A DNA stretch of 64,000 bases from Eledone cirrhosa. Taxonomy: Eukaryota. Made by a program: the position numbers and the translations under genes. The notes below the pieces were generated by a model. The model saw only the letters and a list, made by a program, of their open reading frames with translations, was not told the DNA's origin and made no database searches. This document shows positions 25,869-37,450 of this stretch, in pieces; positions within the stretch are counted from its first letter, which is position 1; each line of letters opens with the position of its first letter. The stretch is taken from positions 117,242,001 to 117,306,000 of the forward strand of contig OZ024745.1 in assembly GCA_964016885.1 (NCBI GenBank), given 5' to 3'.

Positions 25869-25919
25869 AGCTTCTACAGCACTAGAACTGTTTCATTCAT
25901 GAGAAATCATCAGGAAGCT
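25869..25919 (-). ncRNA. Type-I hammerhead ribozyme motif (HHR-2), SUFU-sense
   Basis: Minus strand AGCUUC-CUGAUGA-U-UUC-ucau-GAA-U-GAAA-CAG-uucuagug-CUG-UA-GAAGCU; 6-bp stem I, complete core, stem III, GUA cleavage triplet; U-U at the base of stem II. Confidence 0.75.
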
Positions 25920-26523
25920 GGCTGTCCAAGTAAGTGGTGGTATTTATATCTTTTCTTTTCTGGTGGTAGGGGAGTGGGATGGGTGGAGGTCATTGGTTGA
26001 TGGATTTAAAGAACAGGGAGTTCATTAAAAGCTAATTCTTTAAAGCCATAGTATTAAGTAAGGCAGAAAGAATACTGTAAACAAATTCAAATTTGGAATA
26101 CCAATCCTTGTTTATCTCTTAAACTAACAATGCCTGTAAGACAGGTGTCTACAGGATGGTGGGGTTCATTGGTTTAAAGAAAAGGGAAATTCTTTAGAAG
26201 CTAATTCTTTAAGGCTGAAATAAGGGTGACAAATGCAGAAAGGGTTCCATCAACAGATTCAAGTGTTATGGTGCTTCCCCTTATTGTGAAGTTTCTCTTA
26301 ATATATATTTGTGTGTGTATGTGTATGTATATATATGTGTGTATTTATGTATACGTATGTACACATCATCATCATCATCGTTTAACGTCCATCTTCCACG
26401 TTGGGTTGTTATTTCAAGTTCCTCAGTGAAATAACAACCCAACCAGGAACTGGACATATCAGAGTATTGACAAAATTATACACCTCAACAACATATGTAC
26501 TTGTCTATACCACACTAATTCGG

Positions 26524-26578
26524 ACTGCCTGAAGAGGTCACAGCCAAAGATGGCTGTCACTGAAATATATATAGCAGT
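26524..26578 (+). ncRNA. Type-I hammerhead ribozyme motif (HHR-3)
   Basis: ACUGC-CUGAAGA-GGUCACAGCCA-aaga-UGGCUGUCACU-GAAA-UAUAUA-UA-GCAGU; 5-bp stem I, ~10-bp stem II, palindromic minimal stem III. Confidence 0.75.
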
Positions 26579-26622
26579 AATAAACGAAGCTAAATTTTAA
26601 ACATTTTACTTTTTATTTAACT

Positions 26623-26673
<51 letters not shown>

Positions 26674-27112
26674 AAACAGAAAACAAAAACAATAATGAAG
26701 AGTGCAGTACAAAGTGTTAGTATTAGGTTCACGCTTGAGAGTGAATACATAGAAAGATATATATAGGAACAAATATCTATATAAATACATATATATACTC
26801 TGTCCCTACTCTACTTATACACCCTTTATACACCCCCTTTACTGCTTTCCACACATCATTATCAATTCCATTCCTTTAAGACAAAGCTTAGAGAAGTTAC
26901 AGACATAATAAATATATGTATGATGTATACACTTCGATGTGTGTGTGTGTATGTGTGAGTGTATGTATGTGTGCATGTGTGAGTGTATGTTTGTGTGTGT
27001 GTTTGTGTGTGTCTGTGTGTGTGTGTGTGTTAAAACTATCCTGTTGTCAGTCAGCAATGACACACAGACATTCCTAAACTGTCAGTGTGTGGTCTGATGT
27101 CAGCAACCTAGA

Positions 27113-28535
27113 CATTACTACACACACACCACCACACTAAACTACACACACACCACCACACTAAACTACACACACACAACCACACTAAACTACACACACT
27201 CCACACCACCACACTAAACTACACACACACACCACCACCACCACCACCACACTAAACTACACACACACACCACCACACTAAACTACACACACACCACCAC
27301 ACTAAACTACACACACTCCACACCAAACAGGCGGAGGGGAGGGGGCGGGGGCAAATACTCTTGTAGGGCGGTGGTGGTAGTGGTGGTTGAGGTGGTGGTG
27401 GTAGTAGTGGTGGCTGAGGTGGTGGTAGTGGTGGCTAAGGTGGCAGTTGTAGTGGGTGAGGTGGTGGTGGTAGTAGTGGTGGTGGCTGAGGTGGTGGTAG
27501 TGGTGGCTGAGGTGGTGGTAGTAGTGGTGGTAGTGGTGGTGGTGGCTGAGGTGATGGTGGTGGTGGTGGTGGTGGTGGTGGTAGTGGTAGTAGTGGTGGC
27601 TGAGGTGGTGGTAGTGGTGGCTGAGGTGGTGGTGGTAGTGGTGGTTGAGGTGGTGGTGGTAGTAGTGGTGGCTGAGGTGGTGGTAGTGGTGGCTAAGGTG
27701 GCAGTTGTAGTGGGTGAGGTGGTGGTGGTAGTAGTGGTGGTGGCTGAGGTGGTGGTAGTAGTGGTGGTAGTGGTGGTGGTCGCTGAGGTGATGGTGGTTG
27801 TGGTGGTGGTGGTGGTAGTGGTAGTGGTGGTGGTGGTAGTGATGTTCATAGTAGATAATTGTAAATGATGTTGGTAACAATACAATGCTGCTGGTGGTAG
27901 TGGAAATTGTGGTTGTAGCAGTAGTGGTAGTAATGGTGGTGGTAGTAGTGGCTGAGGTGGTTGTGGTGGTGGCTCAAGTAGTAGTAGTAGTAGTGGCTGT
28001 GGTGGCGGTAGTAATAGTAGTGGTAGTAGTAGTAGTGGTGACTGAGGTGGTGGTGGTGGTGGCTGTAGTAGTGGTGGTGGTGGTGGTAGTAGTAGTAGGT
28101 GGTAGTAGTAGTGGTGGTGATAGTAATAGTAGTGGTGGTGATGGTAGTAGTAGTAGTAGGTGGTAGTAGTAGTGGTGGTGGTAGTAGTAGTGGTGGTGGT
28201 AGTAATAGTAGTGGTGGTGGTAGTAGTAGTGGTGGCTCAAGTAGTAGTAGTAGTGGCTGTGGTGGTGGTAGTGGTGGTGGTGGTGGTAGTAGTAGTAATG
28301 GTGGTAGTAATAGTAGTGGTGGCGGTAGTAGTAGTAGGTGGCTGAGGTGGTTGTGGTGATGGCTGTAGTAGTAGTAGTGGCTGAGGTGGTGGTGGTGGTG
28401 GCGGTAGTAGTGGTGGTGGTGGTAGTAGTAGTAGTGGTGGTGGTGGTGGTGGTAGTAGTAGTGGTGGTGGTGGTAGTAGTAGTAGTGGTGGTGGTGGTAT
28501 TAGTAGTGGTGGTAGTAGTGGCTATGGTGGTGGTA
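27113..28535. repeat. CAC-rich ~24-bp repeats followed by a long (GTG/GTA)n low-complexity tract
   Basis: Read directly; the tract contains a ~240-bp higher-order duplication (27371-27850). Confidence 0.9.
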
Positions 28536-28659
28536 GCAGGAACAGTAGCAGCTACAAGCTAAGGTGAAACCTGCACCAAAAGATCAAGACAAGGAAATTT
28601 CATAGGTTGCTGAGAACGAAAAGAATTCATGAGTAATCACTAGAGATGCTATTGGTAGC

Positions 28660-29045
28660 AAGGAAACATGTGAGTGTCCAGGAAACAGATGAGAGAGTTC
28701 GGGAAACATGAGAGTGTCCGGGAACATGTGAGAGTGTCCAGGAAACACTAGAGATGCTATTGGTAGCAGGGAGACAGGTGAGAGAGTCCAGGAAACAGGC
28801 GACAGTGTCCAGGAAACAGGTGAGAGAGTCCGGGAAACAGGCGACAGTGTCCAGGAAACAGGTGAGAGAGTCCGGGAAACAGGTGAGAGAGTCCAGGAAA
28901 CAGGCGAGAGTGTCGAGGAAACATGGGGGGGGGGGGGGTCCGGGAAACGTGTGAGAGTGTCCAGGAAACATATACACTAGAGATGCTATTGGTAGCAGGG
29001 AAACAGGTGAAAGTCCAGGAAACAGGTGAGAGAGTCCAAGAAACA
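28660..29045. repeat. ~21-bp degenerate tandem repeat
   Basis: ggaaacaggtgagagagtcca variants interspersed with three copies of cactagagatgctattggtagcag. Confidence 0.85.
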
Positions 29046-30422
29046 TATACACCAGGTTCAAACACAAAGGAGCCAAACTCCCACTGACACTGCCTCCGAG
29101 CAAATGGGGCCCATGTGCTGGCCACCCTGCGACCCCTGCAGTCAGAATAGAGAAGGCATTTCTCCGGAGGATGAGGAAAAAGATGTGCCAGTCATGTACA
29201 AATGTAAGTAAATAAATCAGTAAACAGAATATAATTCTTAAACAAATTTTGATCCAAAAGTTCAATAGAACTCCCCAGGGTCATCCCATCAACCCCTCGG
29301 TTGAGTTGAGATGGGGGTCAATATCGATCACTTTGAGGGCCCTGCATTAGACTATCAACACAGTGGTCTTCAGTTCAATACCACTGCAGGAATTTCATTG
29401 TGTATTTGGGTAGTGCTGTAAATTCTATACTGTCTCACTTAGCTGTCGGATAATAAATATCAAATCTTCCAGGAATTTTACCTGCAACAGACTGATATGC
29501 AGTGGGGGTAGATATAGTTCTCATTTTTTTTTTTACAAATGATACCCCCTCCTACTACATCCTCCAGGGTAATAATGACTAACCTATTTGAACCTACTCA
29601 CCCTTATACCACAGGAATGCTTTGCAAACAAAGCAATATATACTTTATGTGTAAATAAATACTGAGTAATGATAAAGAGAGTAGCAAACTGATAGGGTAT
29701 TTCTTTTGTTGTGACACTGTCCACCCTGTAAGGTGGTTGTACTGGTGCCACAACAAAATGCACCCAGTCCACCCTGTAAGGTGGTTGTACTGGTGCCACT
29801 ACAAAATGCACCCAGTCCACCCAGTAAGGTGGTAATGTTGGTGCCATGAAAAAAGGTCCAAGGACTCACTGAAATGTGGTTGGCATTAGGATGGACAGCC
29901 AGCCATAGAAAGCCAAATCCAAAACAGATTGTATGAGCAAGACATGCTCACCTGACCTGTCTTCATAACATGACAGTCCAACTAATACATGCAAACATGG
30001 ACAATAGATGTTAAATGGTGATGATGATGATTGCATCAATACGACAGAAGTTATGGGATCATCACCTCCTCTGGGATGCATAAAATAACAACTTATATAA
30101 TTTTTTTATTTAGTCTCTCTTTTATTTTTCAGATTTTTGTCTTGTTAATGTGAATTTTAAAAAAACCAGCACAAGAAAAAGGAAAGCTTGTGAGAAGCTG
30201 ATGACTGTTTAAGCAATCATAGTAGGTGGAATGGAAGTGATTAAAGACAAGGTAATAGTAATTACAAGTGAAAGCTTGACATGTCTGGTTGGAGTAATCA
30301 TAAAATTGAAAGAGAATGTCAGAATGACCTAACAACATCTGCAGCATACAGCAATGCCAACATACTTCTGTAAAGAAGGCAGATGTGAAGAAGATGGACA
30401 ACACAGTAATAGAATATTTTAA

Positions 30423-30654
30423 CCCTTTCATTACTATATTTCTGATAAAATACACTATTTTAATTCATCAATGAAGAATTTCAATGGATTTACTCAATTT
30501 ATTTCAATTATCAAGATGGCATTTGTTAAATAGGAAAAAGATTTTTATATAAAATTATGTTGGGTGATTTTGATTAAAAAATAAGAACCTTTTAAATGGA
30601 TAGTTTTATTCTAGAGAACGAGAAATGGTTTTGGGCAGATTGGTATTGAAAGGG
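30423..30654. mobile_element. piggyBac-type MITE
   Basis: TTAA|ccctttca ... tgaaaggg|TTAA. Confidence 0.75.
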
Positions 30655-30902
30655 TTAAATACTTTACAGAATTAAAGTTTTATCTCATTTGATGCAGAAT
30701 TCAAATGTTTAGTCTACCTTCATCATCATCATCGTCATCACCAATACCACCAGTATTTAACACCCATTTTTCCACACTAGCACAGGTTAGACGAGTTGTG
30801 CTGTTGTGAGACAAGTCAGGTCGAGTGACCATATCTTGCTCATACAGGATCTGTATTTTGGCTTGAATGCCCTTCCTAACACCAACCACATTTACAGTGT
30901 GT

Positions 30903-31187
30903 ATAATAATAATAATAATGAAAATATTGTGTACAGTGCTCAGGTGCACTACAACTCATCAAAAGTGTATGTATAGTACATCGGGTAATGTACAAACGTC
31001 AGGAAAATGAACAGAGCATGAGTCATGATATACACGTGTGCATGTGTATGGAAGGGGGACATCAGGTGTAGTTTTGGCGAATTTCAGGAAGCATGAGGGT
31101 TTTAAAGGATGCAGTGTCTCGGCAGCTAACAACTGATGCAGGAAGTTTGTTCCATGCTTCAGCAACTCTAAGCGTGAAAAAATGCTT
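30903..31187 (-). mobile_element. CR1/L2 3' end nested inside an RTE-tail element (30720-31320)
   Basis: Homologous to 4140-4414; interrupts the host element between tttacagtgtg and cttttatcgtgtcacc. Confidence 0.75.
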
Positions 31188-32994
31188 TTTATCGTGTCAC
31201 CTATATGACCACTTTACAGTGCAGACTGGGCGCTTTTTGCCGTGACACATACATGACCACTTTACAGTGCGGACTGGGCGGTTTTTGCCATGACACCACA
31301 CCTACATGACGACTTTATAGAATGGGCTGATATGAGATTCAATTATTGGATTGCGACCATACTGGAACATCACCTTTAAGGGTTTTAGTCATTCATAGAA
31401 AACCCCTACACATATTTCATCAATTTCTATTTACTGAATAGATAAGTTACTTTTCTGACATAAACAGATGCAATTTGCTCCACTGTTTTATTGAAATATA
31501 GAGGTGAGAGATCAGTGACTGCGTGGAGTGAAGAGGTCCTTTTTAGCCTGCAGTGAATGAGATGACCATTCTAGTTATGGTACCACAATGAAACACACTT
31601 TGAACCCCCTGTAAAGTGGTGGACAAACAAACTGAGACAATGTAGAGTAGGCCCTTTGACTTTGAGCCAACATTATGACACCTTGAGCAAGTATCTTCTA
31701 CTAGAGCCTTGGGTTAACCAAAATCTTGTCAATGGATTTGGTCACTGGAAACTACGAGGAAGCTTGTCATGTGTGTGTATTTCTTTGCTTGTTTTGTATA
31801 TGTCTTGTATACAGAATACATCCCACAGATATCCAATTTAACAAAGCTGAGCAGTATATACTATACTTAAAAATAAAGTATGGATTGGTACAAGGAAAAG
31901 CATCTGGCAGAGAAAAACTGCCTCAAAAGAATTTCATCCAACCCATGCCAAAATAGAAAAGTGGGTATAAAAACAATGATGATGATCATCATCATGTCAG
32001 ATTCCACAGGCTTTTGTCTACTAAATTCAACTCACAAGGCATTGGTCAACCCAAGTCTTCAATAGAAAATATTTGACCAAGGTACTGTACAGTGGAATCT
32101 TACTGAAACCATATGGTTGCAAAACAAACCCTTTAACTACACAGTAATATATTGAGGAAGTGACCAATGCAATCACAGGTTCCTTACACTTGGGTTTCTT
32201 GCTATATTTTTACCCAACTGTCACACTCCATAGGCATCACATGTCCATACCAGCTCAGACTTGCACTACATACTGATTCCTTTTACATCAAGTTTTTCTC
32301 TTAATACACTATGTTCTGGTTTTCAGGCTAACATAACTCATTCCATGAAATGTTCTCACTTCATAACTTCATACATTTTTTGTACATGTTCCACACTGAA
32401 TGTCCATTTGTTTCACAACTATGCATTATCACATTTCACACACAAACACTGTATGACCTGCCCTTTACTCAGAAACAAAATCCCTTTGATGCCAGTAGAA
32501 GTTCCCTGAACTTTTACAACACTATTCTTATTCTGCTAACTATTCTTTTAGAAATCCACTTCCCCTGTTAAGTATTTAAAAGAAGGTATTTCCTTGGAAC
32601 CCTAATTGTTAACATATGAAGTACTTCATCTGTCAGTTTTCTTTTTTTTTAAGAACTTAAGTGTGTAATTTGAGGAGAGATTAGGTTGCTATTTCTAGCA
32701 TCCCAAATGGCTTCTTCATTAGCTTGTATGTTCAATCAAATTCTCAAGATTAACTTATTAAAACAATTCAATACAGCCACTATGAAAGTGGTATCCTGGC
32801 ATGGCTTTCACTGTAATGGCTAGAATAAACCATTTTTCAGTCAGTACCCAGTGGTTAATCTATTCAAGTCATATTAGTACTAAACTTATTAAGAAGGTAA
32901 ACTTTGAATATTGTTTTCTAAACTGTTGTGTGACTTAATGATATAATAACATGTTGACAAACAGCTCAGAAACTGTAAAATATAAAAGGAAAAA

Positions 32995-33130
32995 TAATTG
33001 TTTCTACTTTTGGCACAAGGCCAGCAATTAATCTAGTGCATTACTGGTACTTTATTTTATCGACCCCGTAAGGACGAAAGGCAAAGTTAACCTCGGCGGG
33101 ATTTGAACTCGGACCATAAAGGGTCATAAG
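32995..33130 (-). mobile_element. SINE family A, partial
   Basis: Reverse complement of the family A body and tail. Confidence 0.8.
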
Positions 33131-33485
33131 AGTCCATTAATAGTAAAACTGTCATCTCTTATTGAGGATCAATGAAAATATATATAAACATGTTGAGATT
33201 TGATCTGAGAACCAAAAGATAGTGGAGGAATATTTCCTTAACAGTTCTGCTATTTTCCCATTCCCATTACATTCTAGAAGAAGAATTAAAGTTAAGACGT
33301 CATGTTAATGGGATGTATATGAGTGATTGATTGAAAAGGAGAAGGAATTCTTTTTTAAAATAAGGTAAGTTTGGGCAAGCAAACCAAAACCTTGATCAGA
33401 TTAAAATATTTTCTAAACATGACACACCTAGAGAAGAGAGAAAGAGAGGTTTGATGCAAAGAATAAAACAAAACATATATATATA

Positions 33486-34774
33486 CAGGGTGTGGACGAT
33501 ATTTGTTCACAATTTTCAACTGCTATTTTTATGCAAATTTTTTTTACTTCCGTTGTCACTCTTATCTTCATAAAAACAGTGACTATATTTCCATTATTTA
33601 TTTTCAGAATAATTGATTATGAATAATTTTGAACCTCCAAATTTGTGGAAGAGACACGGAGTTCTTCTTGGAATCCGCGCCGGGAGGACAAATAAGGAAA
33701 TTTCAGACTTTCTCAGCGTCAGCAGGAGAATGGTGGAAAAGATCAGAAAGGAATTGGAAGATTCAGGATTCGACTACGAAGCAACATCAGAGAGGAAAAC
33801 ACATGATCGACGATCTGACGCCTTCAAAAATCCCGAGTTCGTCGCTGAAGGTCAGGATATCATCAACAATGAACCTAGCAAGTCGATGCGTGCCATTGCA
33901 AGAGAGAAAGGCGTGGATGAAAAGCTCATTAGGCTGGTGGTACATGAAGACATTCGCTACATTTCATACAAGATAGGAAAGGACAATTTCTGTCAAAGGC
34001 GATGCAAGAAAAGCGACTGAAGCACGCAAAGAAGCTGATCAACAAGTTCAAACACCCACTGGTGCCAGACATGCTGTGGTTTTTCTCCGACGAGAAAAAC
34101 TTCTGCCAAGACCAGAAGATCAACTCCCAGAACAACAGGTGGCTCGCTGTCTCATCCATAGACGTGCCCAGTGTCATACAGACAAAGTTTCCAGTGACAA
34201 CATTGGTCTTAGGTGTCGTCATGCCACCACACTTCTTCCCTGAGGACCTCAAGCTGAACACCGATGGCTACATCCGCGTTCTGAGCGAGGTAGTAAAGCC
34301 CTGGATCGACCAGGTAGCTGCAGGTAGGCCGTACGTGTGGCAGCAAGACTCAGCGCCCTGCCATACCAGCCGAAAGACCCAAGCCTGGCTGTCAGAGAAC
34401 TTCGTCGACCACACTTCACCTGACATCTGGCCTCCCAGCTCGCCTGACTGCAACCCCTTCCACTTCTTTGTGTGGGGCGCAGTGGAATGAGACACCAACA
34501 GATCTAGCTGCAATACGAAAGACAATCTGAAGGCCAGGATCACAAGTGCCTTTAGGGACCTAAGTCGGGGGACAGTGACGAAGGCCTGTAGCCGGTTCCG
34601 AGGCCGCCTTGAGGCCGTCATCAAAGCCAATGGCAGGTTTTATCGAGTGAGATCGAAAGAACAAGTCATGAAAACAAACTGACCTAAGTTTGATAAATAT
34701 ATCTTAAAAAATAAAACTACTGTGTTATTTTTTCCTAGACAGTAATCTTGCGAACAAATATCGTCCGCACCCTG
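33486..34774 (+). mobile_element. Full-length Tc1/mariner-superfamily transposon, DD37D (maT) type, inactivated
   Basis: TA|cagggtgtggacgatatttgttcacaa ... ttgcgaacaaatatcgtccgcaccctg|TA (27-bp TIR, 2 mismatches); HTH ORF 33613 and catalytic ORF 34002 (FFSDEK, QQDSAPCH, WPPSSPDCNP); 37 residues after D2, with H at the D3 position; frameshift near 33970 and stop at 34488. Confidence 0.93.
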
Positions 34775-35515
34775 TATATGCATACAAACACACATATATA
34801 TGCATACAAACACACATATATGCATACATACACACATACATGCATACATACACACACACACATATGCATGCATATACACATATATACATACATATATATA
34901 TGTGTGTGTGTGTCCTTTGAAAGTAGAACAGCTAAGGAGCAAAATCTATTTAATATGATATTAGCAAGTTTAAGGAGAAAAACTACCTCACCACTGCCAA
35001 GCAACTTCTGTAGACTGTGACAAGTTTGACCACCCAAGTTGAAATAGACTCTCTAGTTATGAAGCTATATGTCTCCCTATCTCTTCACTCCAAAACAGAG
35101 AAAGGAGGCAGCTAATATTACACCCCCTTGGTCAGTAGGTTTATCTGACTGACTTTAACAAAGATCTTAGAAACACATTGAGAAGTGGGGGAGGAAACAA
35201 TGTTTATAGAGCAGAGGGAAGAAAGGGAGAGGAGTTGGAGGGAAAAGGGAAGAGAAAGAATATGAGCCTTGTAACTGTGAGAGAAAAATGAAGCCTATAT
35301 GTATGTGTAATGAGAGAGAGAGAGAGAGGGGGGGGGGAATGTCTTATGCATGTGTAAGAATAAACAAGTTTGAATGACATTAACTCAGGTGGATGTGGTG
35401 GGGGGGATAGATTTTTTAAAGGTAAATAAACAAATAACCCTCTTGCCTTGTAAATATGGCTAACAAAGGAAGCCTAGATAGAGAACAGATCAAGAATCAA
35501 CAAGCTTAATATAAA

Positions 35516-35915
35516 CTCCCGGGGTCTGGAATAATGCCCACCCACCCTCCTCCCCCTATTAATTTTCCAAATTTTTTCCAGTCCCCCTCGGCTCTTATTC
35601 TACCACCACCCCAACCCACTTCCACTTATGAAATTTTACTAATTTATCTCCAGCGAAATTTTATTTCAAGTGGTAGCATTCCTGCGATAATTAATTTTCT
35701 TTAGAAATTAAAAAACATTCTACATGACAAAGAAAGTACATTACTAGAAATCCCTTACGTTATAAAAATAAATAGGATTGGTTGGGGTCTCAATATGTAA
35801 ATTAAACGACTAATTCTAGGTTTTAAAAAAGTCAACAGAGACAACCTAGAAAAATTAACAATCCCCCCTCCTTATTCCAACCCCCACCCAACTCCTATTA
35901 TTTGGGACCTGGGGG
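35516..35915. mobile_element. MITE, inverted homologue of 19983-20321
   Basis: TIRs ctcccggggtctggaataat / attatttgggacctggggg; internal sequence colinear with the reverse complement of 19983-20321. Confidence 0.75.
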
Positions 35916-36059
35916 TAAATAAACAAACAACACTCCTGACAATGGAAGCCTAGGTAGAGAGCAGATGAAACATTAACACACTTAATAGACTCAAAAATAC
36001 AACAAATAGAAAACAGTTTTAGTGGATAATACAACAAACAAATAGAATAATCTCTATAT

Positions 36060-36192
36060 TGAACCAATCTGGGAGTTCTTACTTTAGATATTGGACCAAT
36101 CTGGGAGTTCCCTACTTTAGATATTGGCCCAATCTGGGAGCTCCCTACTTTAGATATTGGACCAATCTGGGAGATCCCTACTTTAGATATAG
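36060..36192. repeat. 33-bp tandem repeat x4
   Basis: ccaatctgggagttccctactttagatattgga. Confidence 0.9.
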
Positions 36193-36284
36193 GTTTTTTT
36201 AGGGGCACTTTTCCATGCTGGCATGTGTTGGATAGGATATATATACAGTCCTATGTCCGTGTTTGTTTACACTTGATAGGTTTG

Positions 36285-36500
36285 ATGCTGTATGGCTGGA
36301 ATCAAAATCAGTGCTGAGAAAACAAGGAAACCTGCGCTGTGCACTCTATATGTGAATGGAGTTCCACTGAAGCTGGTGGAGAAATTCACGTATCTAGGGG
36401 ATGTGTTCACGAGTGATGACAGGCAGGAGGCTAAATTAAGTGCAAGAATTGTAGGAGCTGGTTGTAATGCGCCAGCTTCAGCATTCAGTAACCAGAAGAA
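36285..36500 (+). mobile_element. Rex3/Expander-like RTE fragment
   Basis: AGIKISAEKT...LYVNGVPLKLVEKFTYLGDVFTSDDRQEAKLSARI. Confidence 0.75.
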
Positions 36501-36704
36501 GGGAGGTAGGTTAGACGGGTCTACATAAACCAAATCAGTACTGATGTGGGGCTACTGAACTCCCCGACAGGATGGGCATTTGCATCTCACATACTTTACA
36601 TCTTTTCCCTATGATGCTAACAGGGCTACAATTAGCTCCCTGCTTCCAGAAGTTAAACATGACTTTCAATGAAAGTTTCATGTTATTTATTTATGTAATG
36701 TCAG

Positions 36705-36875
36705 TAGAGGTAGACTGAGAAAGACCTGGGCAGAAGTGATGAGAGCTGACCTCAAATTGCTGAGACTCACAGAGGAGATGACAAAGAAACGTGACAAGTG
36801 GAGAGATGATGTGCTGAGAAGGACCCAACCAACCCATGTGCGCATAGAAAAATGGACGTAAAAATGATGATAATG
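36705..36875 (+). mobile_element. RTE 3' end fragment
   Basis: Matches 21315-21480 (RKTWAEV..., tail ggacgtaaaaatgatgat). Confidence 0.75.
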
Positions 36876-37450
36876 GTGATTAATGTTTAGTTTCATGAGT
36901 TTTTACTATTTCATCTCATGTAAGCTATCTCTGGATCTAGCTTGTGTAGTATGACTCATTGTTTTCTGTTATCAACAATATCATCAATAAACTTAACTAT
37001 ATGATAGAAATCTTAGCTAGCAGTACAGCTTTTATCACTTTTAAATAAAACATTTCAAAATTTTTTAAATCTTTTTCTAATGAATACTGTTTCCAAATTA
37101 AACATTGTTTACTTATGATGACACATGTAAATGAAAATACACTATGATGTGTTCACATTATAGCTTTTTTGATATACACAAACTCCCAACTAAATGTAGA
37201 TAAAATAATAACACAGACATTCTGAACACTGTGCATGCATGTGTGTGTATCGCAGTGGTTTGTATCATGCAATGTGTTTGTGGCCAAGATACTTAACTAT
37301 TAATGGTGCAGTCCACTTAATTCCAAATATATACCACAAGCTAGTATAGTTCATTAATATATGTAACGGTAGCTGCATTGTAAAGTTGGCAAATATTTTT
37401 TCTGTGGTGAATTCAATTCCTCAATTCCCTCGCCCTCCCACAAAAACATA

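Noticed and set aside
27302-28562. Poly-His/Thr/Val ORFs resembling mucin or His-rich proteins
   Set aside because: Trinucleotide low-complexity tract inside SUFU intron 1, with no splice or domain support
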